Origin: the human T2T-CHM13v2.0 reference genome, Homo sapiens
Assembly: GCF_009914755.1 (NCBI RefSeq)
Contig: NC_060930.1
Length of the DNA stretch: 64,000 bases
Reading direction: 5' to 3' (one strand)
Part shown: positions 1 through 21,093 of the stretch, piece after piece
Layout: each line of letters opens with the position of its first letter
Position numbering within the stretch: position 1 is the stretch's first letter
Position numbers and translations under genes: made by a program
Notes under the pieces: model-generated
What the model was told of the DNA's origin: nothing
The model's database searches: none
What the model saw: only the letters and a program-made list of their open reading frames with translations

Positions 1-442
1 AAAATCTGTTTCATCCCCCAGCACAAGAGTATTCTAAAGAAATTTGCCTTTGAGTCAGCAAAACCTGTTTTTGAGAATTTACAACCACCAGCCAGCACTC
101 CTGCAGATTTGTTGCCCAAACTAGCTTTACCGTTTTGGGCCAAAATAACCTCAAAGCATGATTTTGATTAATAATTGTCCTGGATTAGCGATGATCCAAA
201 AATTGGAAGAAGGAAACAAAAATCTTTATAGGAATGCATATTTAACCCATATGTCAAAGAATTTGCCCAAATAATTCTACAAGGAAAAAGCTGCTCAGAG
301 CATGAACTGTATAAAGTACAAGTGGAGAAAAGTCAGTCTGATTGAGAACCAGTGGAAACAATAGATAAGAGGCTCATAAAGCTTCAATATTTGAATTATG
401 AAACAAAATAACGTAACTAGTATTACATTTAAAATAATTATG

Positions 443-773
<331 letters not shown>

Positions 774-914
774 CAAGCTTGAAAATGCCTACAGAATGTA
801 TTAACCTAAAAATGACCTGTTTTTCAAAAGAACTAAAGTTAGTTTTTAGGAAGTAAAATTAACTTTGATTTTAAAATTTTTAACTTAGTTGAATTAAAAA
901 TTGAAAAGTCATGA

Positions 915-2300
<1,386 letters not shown>

Positions 2301-2301
2301 G

Positions 2302-2349
2302 GGCCAGGTGCGGTGGCTCAAGCCTATAATCCTAGCACTTTGGGAGGCT
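2302..2349 (+). mobile_element. Alu 5' stub (48 bp)
   Basis: ggccaggtgcggtggctcaagcctataatcctagcactttgggaggct joined directly to L1 ORF2. Confidence 0.85.
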
Positions 2350-4313
2350 TAGATATAGAAGGAATGTATCTTACCAGGATAAAGGCTATGACAAACTCAC
2401 AACTAACATCATACTCAATGGCGAAAGTTGCATACTTTTCCTGTAAGATCAGGAACAAGACAATGATGCCCACTCTGGCCACATCTATTCAACATTGTAC
2501 TGATAATTCTAGGCAGAGTAATTAGGGAAGAAAAAGAAAAGGGATCTAAACTGGAAAAAAAGAAGTCAAATTGCCTCTGTTTGTAGATCACAAGATCTTA
2601 TATATGGAAACCCCAAACACTCCACCAAAATACTACTGGCACTGAAAAAAAAAATCAGTGAAGTTGCAGCATACAAAATCAGCATACAAAAATTAGTGGT
2701 ACTTTTATATACTTACCAAAAACTGTCTGAAAAAGAAATCAAGAAAATAATCTCAGTTATAACAGTATCAAAAAGAATAAATTAGGAATAAATTTGATCA
2801 AGGAGCTGAAAGATCTGCACACTGAAAGCCATAACAGTGACAAAAAAAATTGAAGAAGCCACAAATAATTGGAAAGATATCCTTGTTCTTGGATCAGAAG
2901 AATCATATTGCGAAAATGTCCATACTACCCAAAGCAATCAACAGATTTAATGTAACCCCTATCAAAATTCCAATGGGATTTTTAACTGAATTAGACAATC
3001 TCAAAAGTCGTATGGAACCACAAAAGAACTGCAATAGCTAAAGCAATCTTCAACAAGAACAAAGCTGGAGGCATCACACTTCCTGATTTAACATGATACT
3101 ACAAAGCTATATTAATGAAAACAGTATGGTACTGGCATAAAAACAGCACATAGAATAATGGAATAGAACAGAAAGCTCAGAAATAAATCCATGCATATAC
3201 AATTAACTAATCTTTGAAAAGGTGTCAATAATATATAATAGGGAAAGGATACTCTCCTACATATATAGTGATGGAAAAACTGGATATCCACATGGAAAAA
3301 AATAAAACTGCATCCCGATCTTACACCATATGCAAAATCAACTCCGAATAGATTAAAGATGTAAATGTAAGACCTGAAACCACAAAACTTGGAGAAGAAA
3401 GCAGGTGAAAAGCTCCGAGACATTGGCCTTGGCAATGATTTTTTTGGGGGTATTACCTCAAAAACATATGCCAAAAAAGCAAAATTAAACAAGTGAGACT
3501 ACATTAAAGTTTTTGCACAGCAACACAACAATAAACAAAATGAAAAGGCAAACCACAGAATGAGAGAAAATATTTGCAAACCTTATATTCACTAATGGGT
3601 TAATATGTAAAGTCTATAGACTCCATAGAACTTAATAGCAAAAAACAGATAACCCAGTTCAAATATGGGCAAAAGACCCGAATAGACATTTTTCAAAAAA
3701 GACATACAAATGACCAAGAAGTATATGAAAAGGTGCTCAACATCATTAATCATCAGAGAGCTGCAAATCAAAACTGCATTGACATATCACCTTACATCAG
3801 TAAGAATAGCCATTAACAAAAAGACAAGAGATAATCAGTGTTGGTAAACTGTAGAGAAAGGGAACCCTTATACATGGTTGGTAGGAATGTGAATTGGTAA
3901 AAGCATAATGGAATACAATATAGATGTTCTTCAAAAAATTAAAAACATAACTACCATATGATACAGTAATCCTACTTCTGGGCATATATAAAAAATGAAA
4001 TCAGTAAAGAAATTTCTGTACCCCCATATTAATTGCAGCACTATTCACAATGGCCAAGATATAGAAACAAAGTAAGTGTTTATTGATTAATGGATGAATA
4101 AAGACATTGTGATACACACACATACACACACACACGAATATTATTCAGACATGAAAAGGAAGGAAATACTGCCATTTGTAACAACATGGATAAATCTGAA
4201 GGACATTATGCTAAGTGAAATAAGACAAACACAGAAATAAAAATACTGTATGATCTCATTTATATGTGTAATCTATAAAGTGGAATTCAGAGAAACAGAG
4301 GTAGAAACAGTCA

Positions 4314-4638
4314 GTTGAATTAACTTAACTTTGACCTGAGGCTGCCTGTGTACCTAAGTAAGTAGGTAAACAAATCAAAACCTAAGTTAGGAGTATAACT
4401 GTTAGCTGGGGTTCACCCAATCACAAGCAGCCAGCTCATCACACCATGCCCAAATAAGGCAAATGCCTAGCTGTAGCCAATCAGGTGATTTTTCTTCTTC
4501 TGTGTCTGGCACATAAAGGCTTGCTGTGCACACTCCTGGGTGGAGCTTTCTGACCCTCTCCTGGTTCTGAGTGCTGCCAAATTTGTAAATTATTTTTTGC
4601 TTAAATAAACTCTTCTAAATTTAGTTTGTCTAAAGTTG
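4314..4638 (+). mobile_element. ERV1 solo LTR (MER57-like)
   Basis: aaataaggcaaatgcctagctgtagccaatcag core, CCAAT boxes, aataaa near the 3' end. Confidence 0.65.
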
Positions 4639-4773
4639 ATGGAATTTTTTTTTTTTTTTTTTTTTTTTTTAGGGGTTACTAGGAGTCATGGTTAGGGGAA
4701 ATGGGGAGATGTTGGTAAAAGTTTACCAACTTGCAGTTATAGGGTGAATAAGTTCTGGAAACCTAATGTACAG

Positions 4774-4835
4774 TGTGAAAGGAAAAATAATCTCAGGTCC
4801 CCAAAATCACTAAGCCAAAGTGATTTGGGCTTACA
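4774..4835 (+). mobile_element. Internally deleted MER4-type LTR (62 bp)
   Basis: TGTGAAAGGAAAA...CCCCAAAATCACTAAGCCAAAG start, TTACA end, ACAG 4-bp TSD. Confidence 0.7.
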
Positions 4836-5059
4836 ACAGGATGGCAACTATTGGTATACTTGAAATTTACTAAGAGAATAGATCTTAAGTATTCTCACCA
4901 CACACAAAAATATTAACTATGTGTCATAGATATGTTAATTAGCTTGATTGTGGTAATCATTTCACAATATATATGCATTTTAAAAATCATGTTGTACAAC
5001 TTGAATGTATATAATTCTTGTTTGTCAATTATGCTTCAATAAAGCTAGGGAAAAATAAA

Positions 5060-8290
<3,231 letters not shown>

Positions 8291-8299
8291 GGCTCACAT

Positions 8300-9690
8300 G
8301 AAATAAAATCGATGTGCCAGAGCTGCCATGGCAGATTGTGGAGAAAGAGACCAAAAGGCTCAGAGCAGTGAGCATGCTGGCATAGATAGATACACTCTAT
8401 AAAACTGGATCATGCACTGGGTGACTGTTTATTTGGAAGGGCCCAAAGGAAACTCTGTTTATCAGGCAGCAAGTCATGGGCAGGTGAACGGGGTATTAAC
8501 CTAATTTTGTCCTTTGTGGGCTGGAGCTGACTCTATGAGATGATATTGGAGAACTTGGTGCCCTAGCAACAATAGGACAGTAGGATTCCAGAAAGCTAGA
8601 GGCCAGCTGGCAGCAAGGCAGAATCAAAATGGACAAAATCCCCAAAATAGTGAGTAATGTTAGAATGGAAGCCAGGAAATCCTGACTGCAAGGGATTTAG
8701 GGAAATTATTAAGACTATGGTGTTTCTAGTTGGGCAGCCTATAAGACTGTTGTTTAATATTAGAATCAATAGATGAAAAATAGATGAGCTGAAGTCTGAG
8801 ATTAATTTCTCCAATAGAAGTTTAAAATCCCTTGCCCAGTTTCCAGACCTGAGCCAGTGCTTAGATCCAGAATCCATTCATTGAAGGAGAGTCACGTCCC
8901 CTGATGAAGTATCTGCAACACCATAAGTGTGTACAGTAGACACTTTCTACACCCTTCCCTAAAGGGATCAATGGCCATTTACTCAGGTATCAAGACACTG
9001 ATAAAGGGGAATGTCCAGATATTTTCAGGTCTATTGGATACAGGGTCCAATTTCACACTGATACCTGGGGAACCAAAGCACCCTCATGGACTTCTATTAG
9101 AGGAGAGCCACACAGGGAACTGAAAATAATTTCCTGTCTCAGGTCCACCCGTATCTCCGTGGATTCTCTGTGTCCACACATCTGCTTGGTGGTTATTTTT
9201 CTGGTTTCCAAATATGTAATTGATGGATTTATTTTGTACATTAGTTATTTCACTCACACTTTAGTCATTTCACCTGTGGAATAAAGGATTTGTAGTAAGA
9301 AAGGCCAAGTGGATGCCCCTAAGAGAGCTTCTAATATCGACCAAGATAGAAATTTTAAAACAATGTAGTATTTGAGGGGCAATGAAATAAACTGTCACTC
9401 AAAGACATAAAAGATGCAGGGGTTGTGGTTTCATCATCAACTATTGAATTTACCACTCCAGTTCTAGCAAAAATTGGATGGATGATAACAGATGACAGTG
9501 GATTAATGAAAATGTAACCTATAATTAGCCCCAACTTCAGCAGCTGTGCTGAATGTGATATGTTTAAAAAAAAAAGATTTATTGTTTTTGTATATTATAT
9601 AATGCCATTGATCTGCCTAAATGCATTCTTTTAAATACCTATAAAAAGGAGGGCCAGAAGCGAGTTTTATTCACAGAGGACAAATAATAA
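8300..9690 (+). mobile_element. ERV-L internal relic (gag end, protease, RT start)
   Basis: LLDTGSNFTLIPGEPKHPHG (aspartic protease DTG motif, ERV-L style); downstream KDAGV..., MTVD and AIDL-NAFF-like RT motifs, frameshifted. Confidence 0.8.
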
Positions 9691-10332
9691 TACATTTTAA
9701 AAAATATTTTATTTTTGATTTTCAATTTTTGTGGGTACATAATAGCTGCATATATTTATGGGGTACATGAGATGTTTTGATACAGGTATGCAATGTGAAA
9801 TAAGCACATCATGGAGAATGGGGTATCCATTCCCTCAAGCATTTATCCTTTGAGTTACAAACCATTCAATTACACTATTTTTAAATGTGCATTATTGACT
9901 ATAGTCCCCCTATTGTGCTATCAAATAGTAGGTCTTATTCTTCTAAATTTTTTTTTACCGATTAAACATCCCCACCTTCCCTTCAGCCCCCCACTACCAT
10001 TCCTAGCCTCTGGTAACCATTCTTCTACTCTTTATGTCCATTAGTTCAATTGTTTTGAATTTAGGTCCCACAAATAAGTGAGAACATGCCATGTTTGCCT
10101 TTCTGTGCCTGGCTTATTTCATTTAACATAATGATCTCCACTTCCATCCATGCTGTTGCAAATGACTGGATCTCATTCCTTTTTATGGCTGAATAGTACT
10201 TCATTGTGTATACATACCAAATTTTCCTTATCCATTCATCTGCTGTTAGACATTTAGGTTGCTTCCAAATCTTAGCTATTGTAAACAGTGTTGTAAAAAA
10301 CATAGGAGTGCAGATATCTCTTCCATATACTG

Positions 10333-10622
10333 ATTTTCTTTTTTGAGACAGGGTCACACTTTGTCACCCAGGCTGGAGTGCAGTGGCATGATCTTGGCTC
10401 ACTGCAACCTCCACCTCCTAGGTTCAAGTGATCCTACCTCAGCCTCCACAGTAGCTAGGACTATAGGTGTGAACCACTACAACTGCCTAATTTTTTTTTT
10501 GTATTTTGTAGAAATCAGGTTTTGCCATGTTGCTCGGGCTGGTCTTGAACTTCTGGGCTCAAGTGATCTGCCCTCCTCGGCCTCCCATAGTGCTGGGATT
10601 ACAGGTGTGAGCCACCATGCAA
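10333..10622 (-). mobile_element. AluJ
   Basis: Antisense Alu consensus, diverged. Confidence 0.9.
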
Positions 10623-10939
10623 AACGCTGGTTTTGTCTTTTGTGGGGTATATACCCAGCAGTAGGATTGTTGCATCATATCGCAACTCAATTTTTAGTTT
10701 TCTGAGGAACCTCTAAACTGTTATCCATAGTGGTTGTACTAATTTACATTCCCATCAACAGTGTACGAGGGTTCCCTTTTATCCACATCCTCACCAGCAT
10801 TTGTTATTGCCTGTCTTTTGGATATAAGCCATTTTAACTGGGGTGAGATTATATCTCATTGCAGTTTTGATTTGCATTTCTCTGAGGATCAATAATCATC
10901 AGCACCTTTTCATATGCCTGTTTGTCATTTTTATGTCCT

Positions 10940-11569
<630 letters not shown>

Positions 11570-11959
11570 TGTATGTCTTCTTTTGAGAAATGTCTATTCA
11601 AATCTTTTGCCCATTTTTTTACTTAGACTTTTAGAATTTTTTTTTTTTTTTTTTTTTTTACTATAGAGTTGTTTGAGCTTCTTATATACTCTGGTTATTA
11701 TTTCTTTGTCAGATGGGTAGTTTGCAAATATTTTCTCCCATTCTGTGGGTTGTCTCTTTATTGATTGTATCCTTTGCTTTGTAGAAGCTTTTAAACTTGA
11801 TGTGATACTATTTGTCCAGTTTTATTTTGGTTGCCTGTGCTTGTGGGGTATTGCTCAAGAAATTTTTGGCCAGACTACTGTCCTGGAGGTTTTCCCCAAT
11901 GTTTTCTTATAGTAGTTTCATGTTTGAGGTCTTAGATTTAAGTCTTTATTACATTTTGA

Positions 11960-12263
<304 letters not shown>

Positions 12264-13467
12264 TTGATTTGACTTTTGTCTACAGTGAGAGGTAGGGGTC
12301 TAGTTTCATTCTTCTGCATATGGATATCCAGTTTTCCCAGCACCATTTCATTGAAGAGACTGTCTTTTCTTTTCTCCAGTATAAGTACTTGGCAACTCTG
12401 TCAAAAATGAGTTCCCTGTGAGTGTGTGGATTTGTTTCTAGGTTCTCTATTCTGTTCTGTTGGACTATGTGTCTGTTTTTATGTCAGTACCATGCTGTTT
12501 TGGTGATTATAGCTCTGTAGCATAATTTGAAGTCAGGTAATGTGATTCCTCCAGTTTTGATCTTTTTGCTTAATATAATTTTGGCTATTCTGGGCATTCT
12601 GTGTTTTCATATAAATTTTGGGATTTTTTTTTCTATTTCTCTGAAGACTATTATTGGTATTTTGATAGGGATTGCATTAAATCTGTAGATTGCTTTGGGT
12701 AGTATGGACATTTTAACAATATTGATTCTTCCAATCCATAAAGATGGAATTTTTTCCATTTTTTTTGTGTCCTCTTCAATTTCTTTCATCAATGTTTTAT
12801 AATTCTCCTCATAGATATCTTGCACATTTTTGGTTAATTCCTAGGTATTTAATTTTATGTGTGGCTATTGTAAATGAAATTACCTTCTTAAATTTAAAAT
12901 TTTTCAAATTGTTCACTGTTGACATATAGAAATGCTACTGGTTTTTATATGTTGATTTTGTGTCCTGCAACTTTACTGAATTTATTGATTCTAATAGTTT
13001 TCCTGTGGAGCCTTTAGGTTTTTTCCAAATATAAGTTCATATCATCTGCAAACTAGGGTAATTTAACTTCTCCCTTTCCAGTTTGGATGGCCTTTATATC
13101 TTCTCTTGTCTGATCGCTCTAGCTAGAACATCCAGTACTTTGTTGAATAACAGTGGTGACAGTGAACATCCCTGTTGTGTTCCAGATCTTATAGGAAAGT
13201 CTTTCACTTTTTCCCCATTCAGTATGATACTAGCTGTGGGTCTGTCATATCTGGCTATTACGTTGAGGTATATTTCTTTTATACAGTTTTTTGAGGGTTT
13301 TTATCATGAAGGGATGTTGGATTTTATAAACTACTTTTTCAGCATCAATAGAAATAATCATATGGTTTTAATCATTCTTTTTGATATGATGTATTACATT
13401 GATTGATTTGCATGTGTTGAACCATCCTTGCATTCCAGGGATAAATCCCACTTGGTCATGATAAATG

Positions 13468-13758
<291 letters not shown>

Positions 13759-15097
13759 TGATGAATGATCTTTTTAATGTATTGTTGAATTTAGTTTGCT
13801 AATATTTTGCTGAGGATTCTGGCATCAATATTCATCAGAGAAATTGGCCAGCAGTTTTCTTTTTTTGATGTGTCTTTGTCTGGTTTTGGTATCAGGGTGA
13901 TACTGGTCTCCTAGAATGACTTTGGAAATATTCTCTCCTCCTCTATTTTTCAATAGCTTGAGTGGGATTGGTATTAGTTCTTCTTTAAATGTTTGGTAGA
14001 ATTCAACAGTGAAGCCATCGGGTCCTTGGTTTTCTTTAGTGGGAGACTTTTTATTATGGCTTCAACCTTGTTACTTGTTATTAGTCTGTTCAGGTTTTGG
14101 ATTTCTTCCTGGTCCAGTCTCAGTAGGTTGTATGTGTCTAGGAATTGTCAATTTCTTCTAGATTTTCCAATTTATTGGCATAGAGTTGCTCATAGTAGCC
14201 CCTAATGATCCTTTGAATTTCTGCAGTGTCAGTTGTAATGTCTTTTTCATTTCTGATTTGTATCTTGTCTCTTTTTTCTCAGTCTTGCTAAAGGCTTGTC
14301 AGTTTTGTTTAACTTTTGAAAAAAAGCAACTTTTTGTTTCATTGTTCTTTTGCATTGATTTTTATTTCAATTTTATTTATTTATGCTCTAATTTTTATTA
14401 TTTGTTTTCTTCTAATTTTGTGTTTGTTTTGCTCTTGCTTTTCTGGTTAAGGTTCATTGTTAAATTGCTTATTTGAAGTTTTTCCTCTTTTTTCATGTAG
14501 GCACTTATAGCTATCAATTTGCCTCTTAGTACTGCTTTTGCCGTATCCCATAGGTTTTGGTATGTTGTGTTTCCTTTATCATTTGTTTCAAGAAATTGTT
14601 CAATTTCCTTCTTAATTTCTTCATTGACTCAATGGTCATTCAGGAGCATATTGTTTAATTTTCATGTATTTGTAGTTTCAAAAATTCCTCTTGTTATTAG
14701 TTTCTAGTTGTATTCCACTGTGGTCAGAGAAGATGCTTGATGGTATTCAACTTTTTTAATGTTTTAAGACTTGTGACCTAACATATGGTCTATCCTTGAG
14801 AATGATACATGTGCTAAAAAAGAATGTGTATTCTGCAGCCATTGGATAAAATGTTCTGCAAGTATGTATTAGATCCATTTGATCTACAGTGCAGATTAAG
14901 TCTGATGTTTCTTTTTTATTTTCTGTCTGGAAGATCTGTCCAGTGCTGAAAATGTGGTGTTGAAGTCTCCAGCTATTATTGTATTGGGGTCACTCTCTCT
15001 CTTTAGCTCTAATCGTATTTGCTTTATATATCTGGGTGCTGCAGTGTTGAGTGCATATATATTTATATTTGTTATATCCTCTTGCTGAATTGAACCC

Positions 15098-17542
15098 TGT
15101 ATTAGTCTATTCTTGCACTGCTATAAAGAAATACCCGAGACTGGGTAATATATAGAGAAAAGAGGTTTAATTGGCTCACAGTTCTGCAGGCTGTACAGGA
15201 AGCATGGCTGGGGAGGCCTCAGAACACTTACAATCATGACAAAAGGTGAAGGGGAGGCAAGCCTGTCTTACATGGCTGGAGCAGGAGGAAAGTGGGAGGA
15301 GGTGGCACACACTTTTAAACAATCAGATCTCACAATAACTCACTCACTGTCATGAGAACAGCACCCAGGGGGATGGTGTTAAACCATGAGAAACCACCCC
15401 CATTATCCAATCCTCTTCCACCAGGCTCAACCTCCAAAATTTAGGATTACAATTGAACATGAGATTTTGGTGGGGATGCAGATCCAAATCATATTATTCC
15501 ACCTCTGGTGTCTCCCAAATCTCATGTCCTTCTCATACTGCAAAATACAGTTATATCTTCCCAACAGTCCCTCAAAGTCTTAACTCATTCCAGCATTAAT
15601 TCAAAAGTCCAAAGTCCAGAGTCTCAACCTGAGACAAGGCAAGTCTCTCCCACCTGTGAGCTTACAAAATAAAAAAACAGTTAGTTACTTCCAACATACA
15701 GTGGGGGTACAGGAATTGGGTAAACACTCCCATTCCAAAAGTGAGAAATTGGCCAAAAGAAAGGGGCTACTGGACCCATGCAAGTCTGAAACCCAGCAGG
15801 TAGTCATTAAATCTTAAAGCTCCAAAATACTCTCCTTTGACTCCATATCTCACATCCAGGGCACACTGGTGCAAGGGGTGGGCTCCCAAGGCCTTGGGCA
15901 GCTCAGCCCCTGGGACTTTGCAGGGTAAGCCACTGTCACTGCTTTCACGGGCTGGCATTGACTGCCTGTGGCTTTTCCAGTTGTACAGTGCAAGCTGTCA
16001 TTGGCAGATCTATCATCCTGGAATCTGGAGGACAGTGGCTGTCTTCTCACAGCTCCACTAGGCAGTACACCAGAGGGGAAGCTGTGTGGGAACTCCAACC
16101 CCAAATTTCCCCTCCACACTACCCTAGTAGAGGTTCTCCATGAGGGCTCTGTCCCTGCAGCTGGCTTCTGCCTGGACATCCAGGCTTTCCCACACATACT
16201 CTGAAATCTAGTTGGAGGCTCCCAAGCCTCAATTCTTGCACTCTGTGCACCTACAGGCTTAATTTAACACCACACGGGAGCCACTAAGGCTTATAACTTG
16301 CATCCTATGGAGCAGCAGCCTGAGCTATACCTGGGGCCCTTTGAGCTGAAGCTGGAGCTGGAGCAGCTGGGATTTGGAGAGCAGTTTCCTGAGGTTGTGC
16401 AGGGCAGCAGGACCCTGAGCCTGGCCCAGGAAACCATCCTTCCCTCCTAGGCCTTTGGGCCTGTGATGGGAGAGGCTGCCCCCAAGGTATCTGAAATGCC
16501 TTCAAGGTGTTTTTCCCACTATCTTGGCTATCAACATTTTGCTCCTTGTTACTTGCAATTTTCTGCAGCTAGCTTGAATTCCTCTCCAGAAAATGGTTTT
16601 TTTCTTTTCTACAACATGGCCAGGCTGCAAATTCTCCAAACTTTTACACTCTGCTTCCTTTTTAAATATAAGTTCCAGTTTCTTGTCATGTCTTTGCTCA
16701 CAAATATGAGCACAGACTACCAGAAGCAGCCAGGCCACGTCTTGAACGCTTTGCTGCTTAGAAATTTCTTCTGCCAGATACCCTAAATCTTCGCTCTCAA
16801 GTTCAAAGTTCCACAGATTCCTAGGGCAGGGGCACAATGTCTCCAACCACAATGTCCTAACAAAAGTGACCTTCACTCCAGGTCCCAATAAGTCCCTCAT
16901 CTCCATCTGAGACCTCCTCAGCCTGGACTTCATTGTCCATATCACTATCAGTATTTTGGTCAAAACAATTTAACAAATCTCTAAGAAATTCCAAACTTCC
17001 CCTCATCTTCCTATCTTCGGAGCCCTCCACACTCTTCCAACCTCTGTCTATTTCCCAGTTCCACTGCTGTTTCCACATTTTCAGGTATCTTTCTAGCAAT
17101 GCCTCACTCCTCTTTACCAATTTTCTGTATTATTCTGTTCTCACACTGCTATAAAGAAATACCCAAGACTTGTTAATTTATGAAGAAAAGAGGTTGAATT
17201 GGCTCATAGTTCCACAGGCTGTTCAGGAAGCATAGCGGCATCTGATTCTGGGAAGGCCTGAGGGAGCTTTTACTCATGGAATAATGCAAAGTGGGAGCAA
17301 GCATCTACATAGCAGGAGTAGACCAAGGCAAGCGGGTGGTGTGGAGAGGTGCTACACACTTTTAAGCAACCAGATTTCAGAAGAACTCACTATCATGAGA
17401 ACAGCACTAAGAAGATGGTGCTGAATTAGTCATGAAAGATCCACCCCCATGATCTAATCACGTCCCACCAGGCCCCACCTCCAACATTGAGGATTACAAT
17501 AGAACACGAAATTTGGGTGGGGCACAAATGGAAACCATATTA
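15098..17542 (-). mobile_element. Full-length MaLR element (MSTA/B-like LTR-internal-LTR)
   Basis: LTRs 15098-15496 and 17126-17542; internal ORF remnants (WNFELESEDLGYLAEEISKQQSVQDVAWLLL); near-TSD aaccc/acccc. Confidence 0.9.
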
Positions 17543-18874
17543 ACCCCTTTATCATTGTATAGTGACTTTATTTGTCTCATAGTTTTTGTATCAAAATCAA
17601 TACTCCTTCTCTTTTTCCTGGTTTCCATTGGCATGGAATAACTCTTTCCAACTCTTTACTTTCAGCCTATGTGTGTCTTTATAGTTTAAGTGTGTTTCTT
17701 GTAGGCAACAGATCAATGGGTCTTGTTTTCTCCATTCATTCAGCCAGTCTATGTCTTTTGATTGGAGAGTTTAGTCCATATTTCCATTCAATGTATTATC
17801 GATAAGTAAAGACTTACTCCTGCCTTGTTATTTATTTGTTTTCTGGTTGTTTTGTGGTCTTCTTCTTTCTTTTCTTCCTGTCTTCCTTTAGGGAAGGTAG
17901 TTTGCTCTGGTGATATGATTTAGGTTTTTGCTTTTTATTTTTTATGTATCCAGTGTATGTTTTTAGGTTTGAGGTTACCATAAGGATTACAAATACTATT
18001 TTGTAACCCATTATTTTAACCTGGTAACACTGTTTGCATTAACAAACAAAAAACTAATAAAAACTCTACATCTTAACTTCATCCCCCCACTTTTTAACTT
18101 TTTGTTGTTTCTAATTTTATCTTATTTTTCTGACTGGTCTTGAAAAGTTGTAGTTACTATTTTTGATTGGTTTATCATTTATTCTTTCTACTTACACACC
18201 ACAGTTACAATGTTATCACACTTTGGGTTTTTCTGTGTACTTACTCTTAACAGTGAGTTTTTTACCTTTAGATGATTCTTTGTTGCTCATTAATGTCTGT
18301 TTCTTTCTGACCAAAGTACTCCCTTAAGCGTTTCTTATGGGACCAGTCTAGTGTTGATGAAATCCCTCAGCTTTTGTTTGTCTGGGGAAGTCTTTGTTTA
18401 TTCTTCATGTTTGAAGGATATTTTTGCTGGATATACTATTCTAGGGTAAAAGGTTTTTTCCCTTCAGCACTTTAACATATGTCATGTCACTCTCTCCTGG
18501 CTTGTAAGGTTTCCACTGAAAAATATACTGCCAGATGTATTGGAGCTCCATTGTATGTTATCTGTTTCTTTTCTCTTGCTGCTTTTAGGATCCTTTCTTT
18601 ACCCTTGTCCTGTGGGAGTTTGATTATTAAATGCCTTGAGGTAATCTTTGGGTTAAATTGGCCTGGTGTTCTATAACCTTCTTGTACTTGGATATAAATA
18701 TCTTTCTGTAGGTTTAGGAAGTTCTATGTTATTATCCCTTTCAACAAACTTTCTATTCCTATCTCTTTCTCTATCTCTTCTTTAAGGCCAATAACTCCTA
18801 GATTTGCCCTTAAGAAGTTATTTTCTAGATCCTGTGGGCATGCATCATTGTTTTTTATTTTTTGTCTCCTCTGA

Positions 18875-19200
<326 letters not shown>

Positions 19201-20890
19201 TTTGTTACTGTTAATAGTGCTGCAATGAACATACACTTGCATGTGTCTTTATGGTGGAATGATTTATATTCCTTTAGGTAAATATCCAGTAATGGGATTG
19301 GTGAGTCAAATGGTAGTTCTGTTTTTAGCTCTCTGAGGAATCACCACACTGCTGTCCACAGTGATTGAACTAATTTACACTCCTAACAAGTGTATAAGTT
19401 CCTTTTCTCCATAACCTCACCAACATCTATTATTTTTTTACTTTTTTGTAGCCATCCTGACTGGCAGATGATATCTCATCATGGTTTTGATTTTGCATTT
19501 CTCTAATGATCAGTGATAATTGAGGTTTTCTTTAACACGCTAGTTGGCTGTATGTATGTCTTTTTTGAAAAGTGTCTGTTCATGTCCTTTGCCCATTTTT
19601 TAATGGAGTGGGTTTTTTTTTTCCTGTAACTGTGTTTAAATTCCTTATAGATGCTAGATATTAGCCCCTTGTCAGATGCATAGTTTGCAAAAATTTTCTG
19701 TCATTTGGTAGATTGTCTGCCCTGTTGTTTATTTTGCTATGAAAAAGCTCTTAAATCCAATTTGTCCATTTTTGCTTTTGTTACAATTGCTTTTGGTGTC
19801 TTCATCATGAAATATTTGCCAGTTCCTATGTCCAGAATGGTATTGCCTAAGTTATCTTCAGGATTTTTATAATTTTGGGTTTTAACTCTTTAAACCATCT
19901 TAATTTTTGTACATAGTAAAAGGGGTCCAGTTACGATCTTCTGCATATGGCCAGCCAGTTATCCCAGCACCATTTATTGAATAGGGAGACCTTTCCCCAT
20001 TGCTTGTTTTTGTCAACTTTGTTGAAGATCAGATGGCTGTAGGTTTGTGGCCTTATTTTTGGGCTCTCTATTCTGTCCCACTGGTCTGTGTGTCTGCTTT
20101 TGTACCAGTACCATGCTGTTTTGGTCATGGTAGCCCTGTAGTTTGAAGTTAGGTAATGTGATGCCTCCACCTTTGTTCTTTTTGTTTAGGATTGCCTTGA
20201 CTACTCAGGCTTTTTGGTTCCATATGAATTTTAAGTTTTTTCTAGTTCTGTGAAAAATGTAATTGATAGTTTGATAGGAATAGCATTGAATCTATAAATT
20301 GCTTTGGGTAGTATGGCCACTTTAATGATATTGATTCTTCCTAGCCATGAGCATGGAAAGTTTTTCCATTTGTTTGTGTCATCTCTGATTTCTTTGAGCA
20401 GCGTTTGTGATTCTCATTGTAGAGATCCTTTACTTCCTTGGTTAGCTGCATTCCTGGGTATTTTATTCTTTTTTGTGGCAATTATGAATGGGATTGTGCT
20501 CCTGATTTGGCTCTTGGCTTGGCGACTGTGTATAGGAATGTTAGTGATTTTTGTACACTGATTTTGTCTCCTGAAACTTTGCTGAAATTATCAGATGAAG
20601 GACCTTTTGGGCTGAGGCTATGGGGTTTTCTAGATATAGAATCATACTGTCTGCAAACAAGGATAGTTTGACTTCCTCTCTTCCTATTTGGATGCCCTTT
20701 ATTATTTCTGTTGCCTGACTGCTGTGATCAGGACTTTCAACACTATATTGAATAGGAGTGGTGAGAAAGGGCTTCCTTATCCTGTGCCACTTTTCAAGGG
20801 GAATGCCTGCAGCTTTTGCCCATTCAGTATGATGTTGGCTGTGGGTTTGTTATAGTTGGCTCTTATTATTCTGAGTTATGTTCCTTCAAC
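19201..20890 (-). mobile_element. L1PA/PB-type ORF2 3' fragment
   Basis: [20 protein letters not shown]...[16 protein letters not shown] peptide. Confidence 0.9.
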
Positions 20891-21093
20891 ACAAGATGGG
20901 AAGCTCCCCAAATCCACATCTCTTGCTTGTGGGGGAGCCATCCTCAGCACATCGGCCCTACCCAACCCACAGTAGATACCAACATCCCTATGATGGATGA
21001 GCTATGGTGGAGTCCCCCCAACCCCAGAGTGAGAATTGGCCCCCGATGGGGACTTAGGGAGGGCTGAGTTGGCGAGCTGTGGGAGGTCATCAT

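Noticed and set aside
4645-4670. Poly-T tract after the MER57-like LTR as a tail-only retroinsertion
   Set aside because: No TSD found; may be expansion of the LTR's T-rich end.
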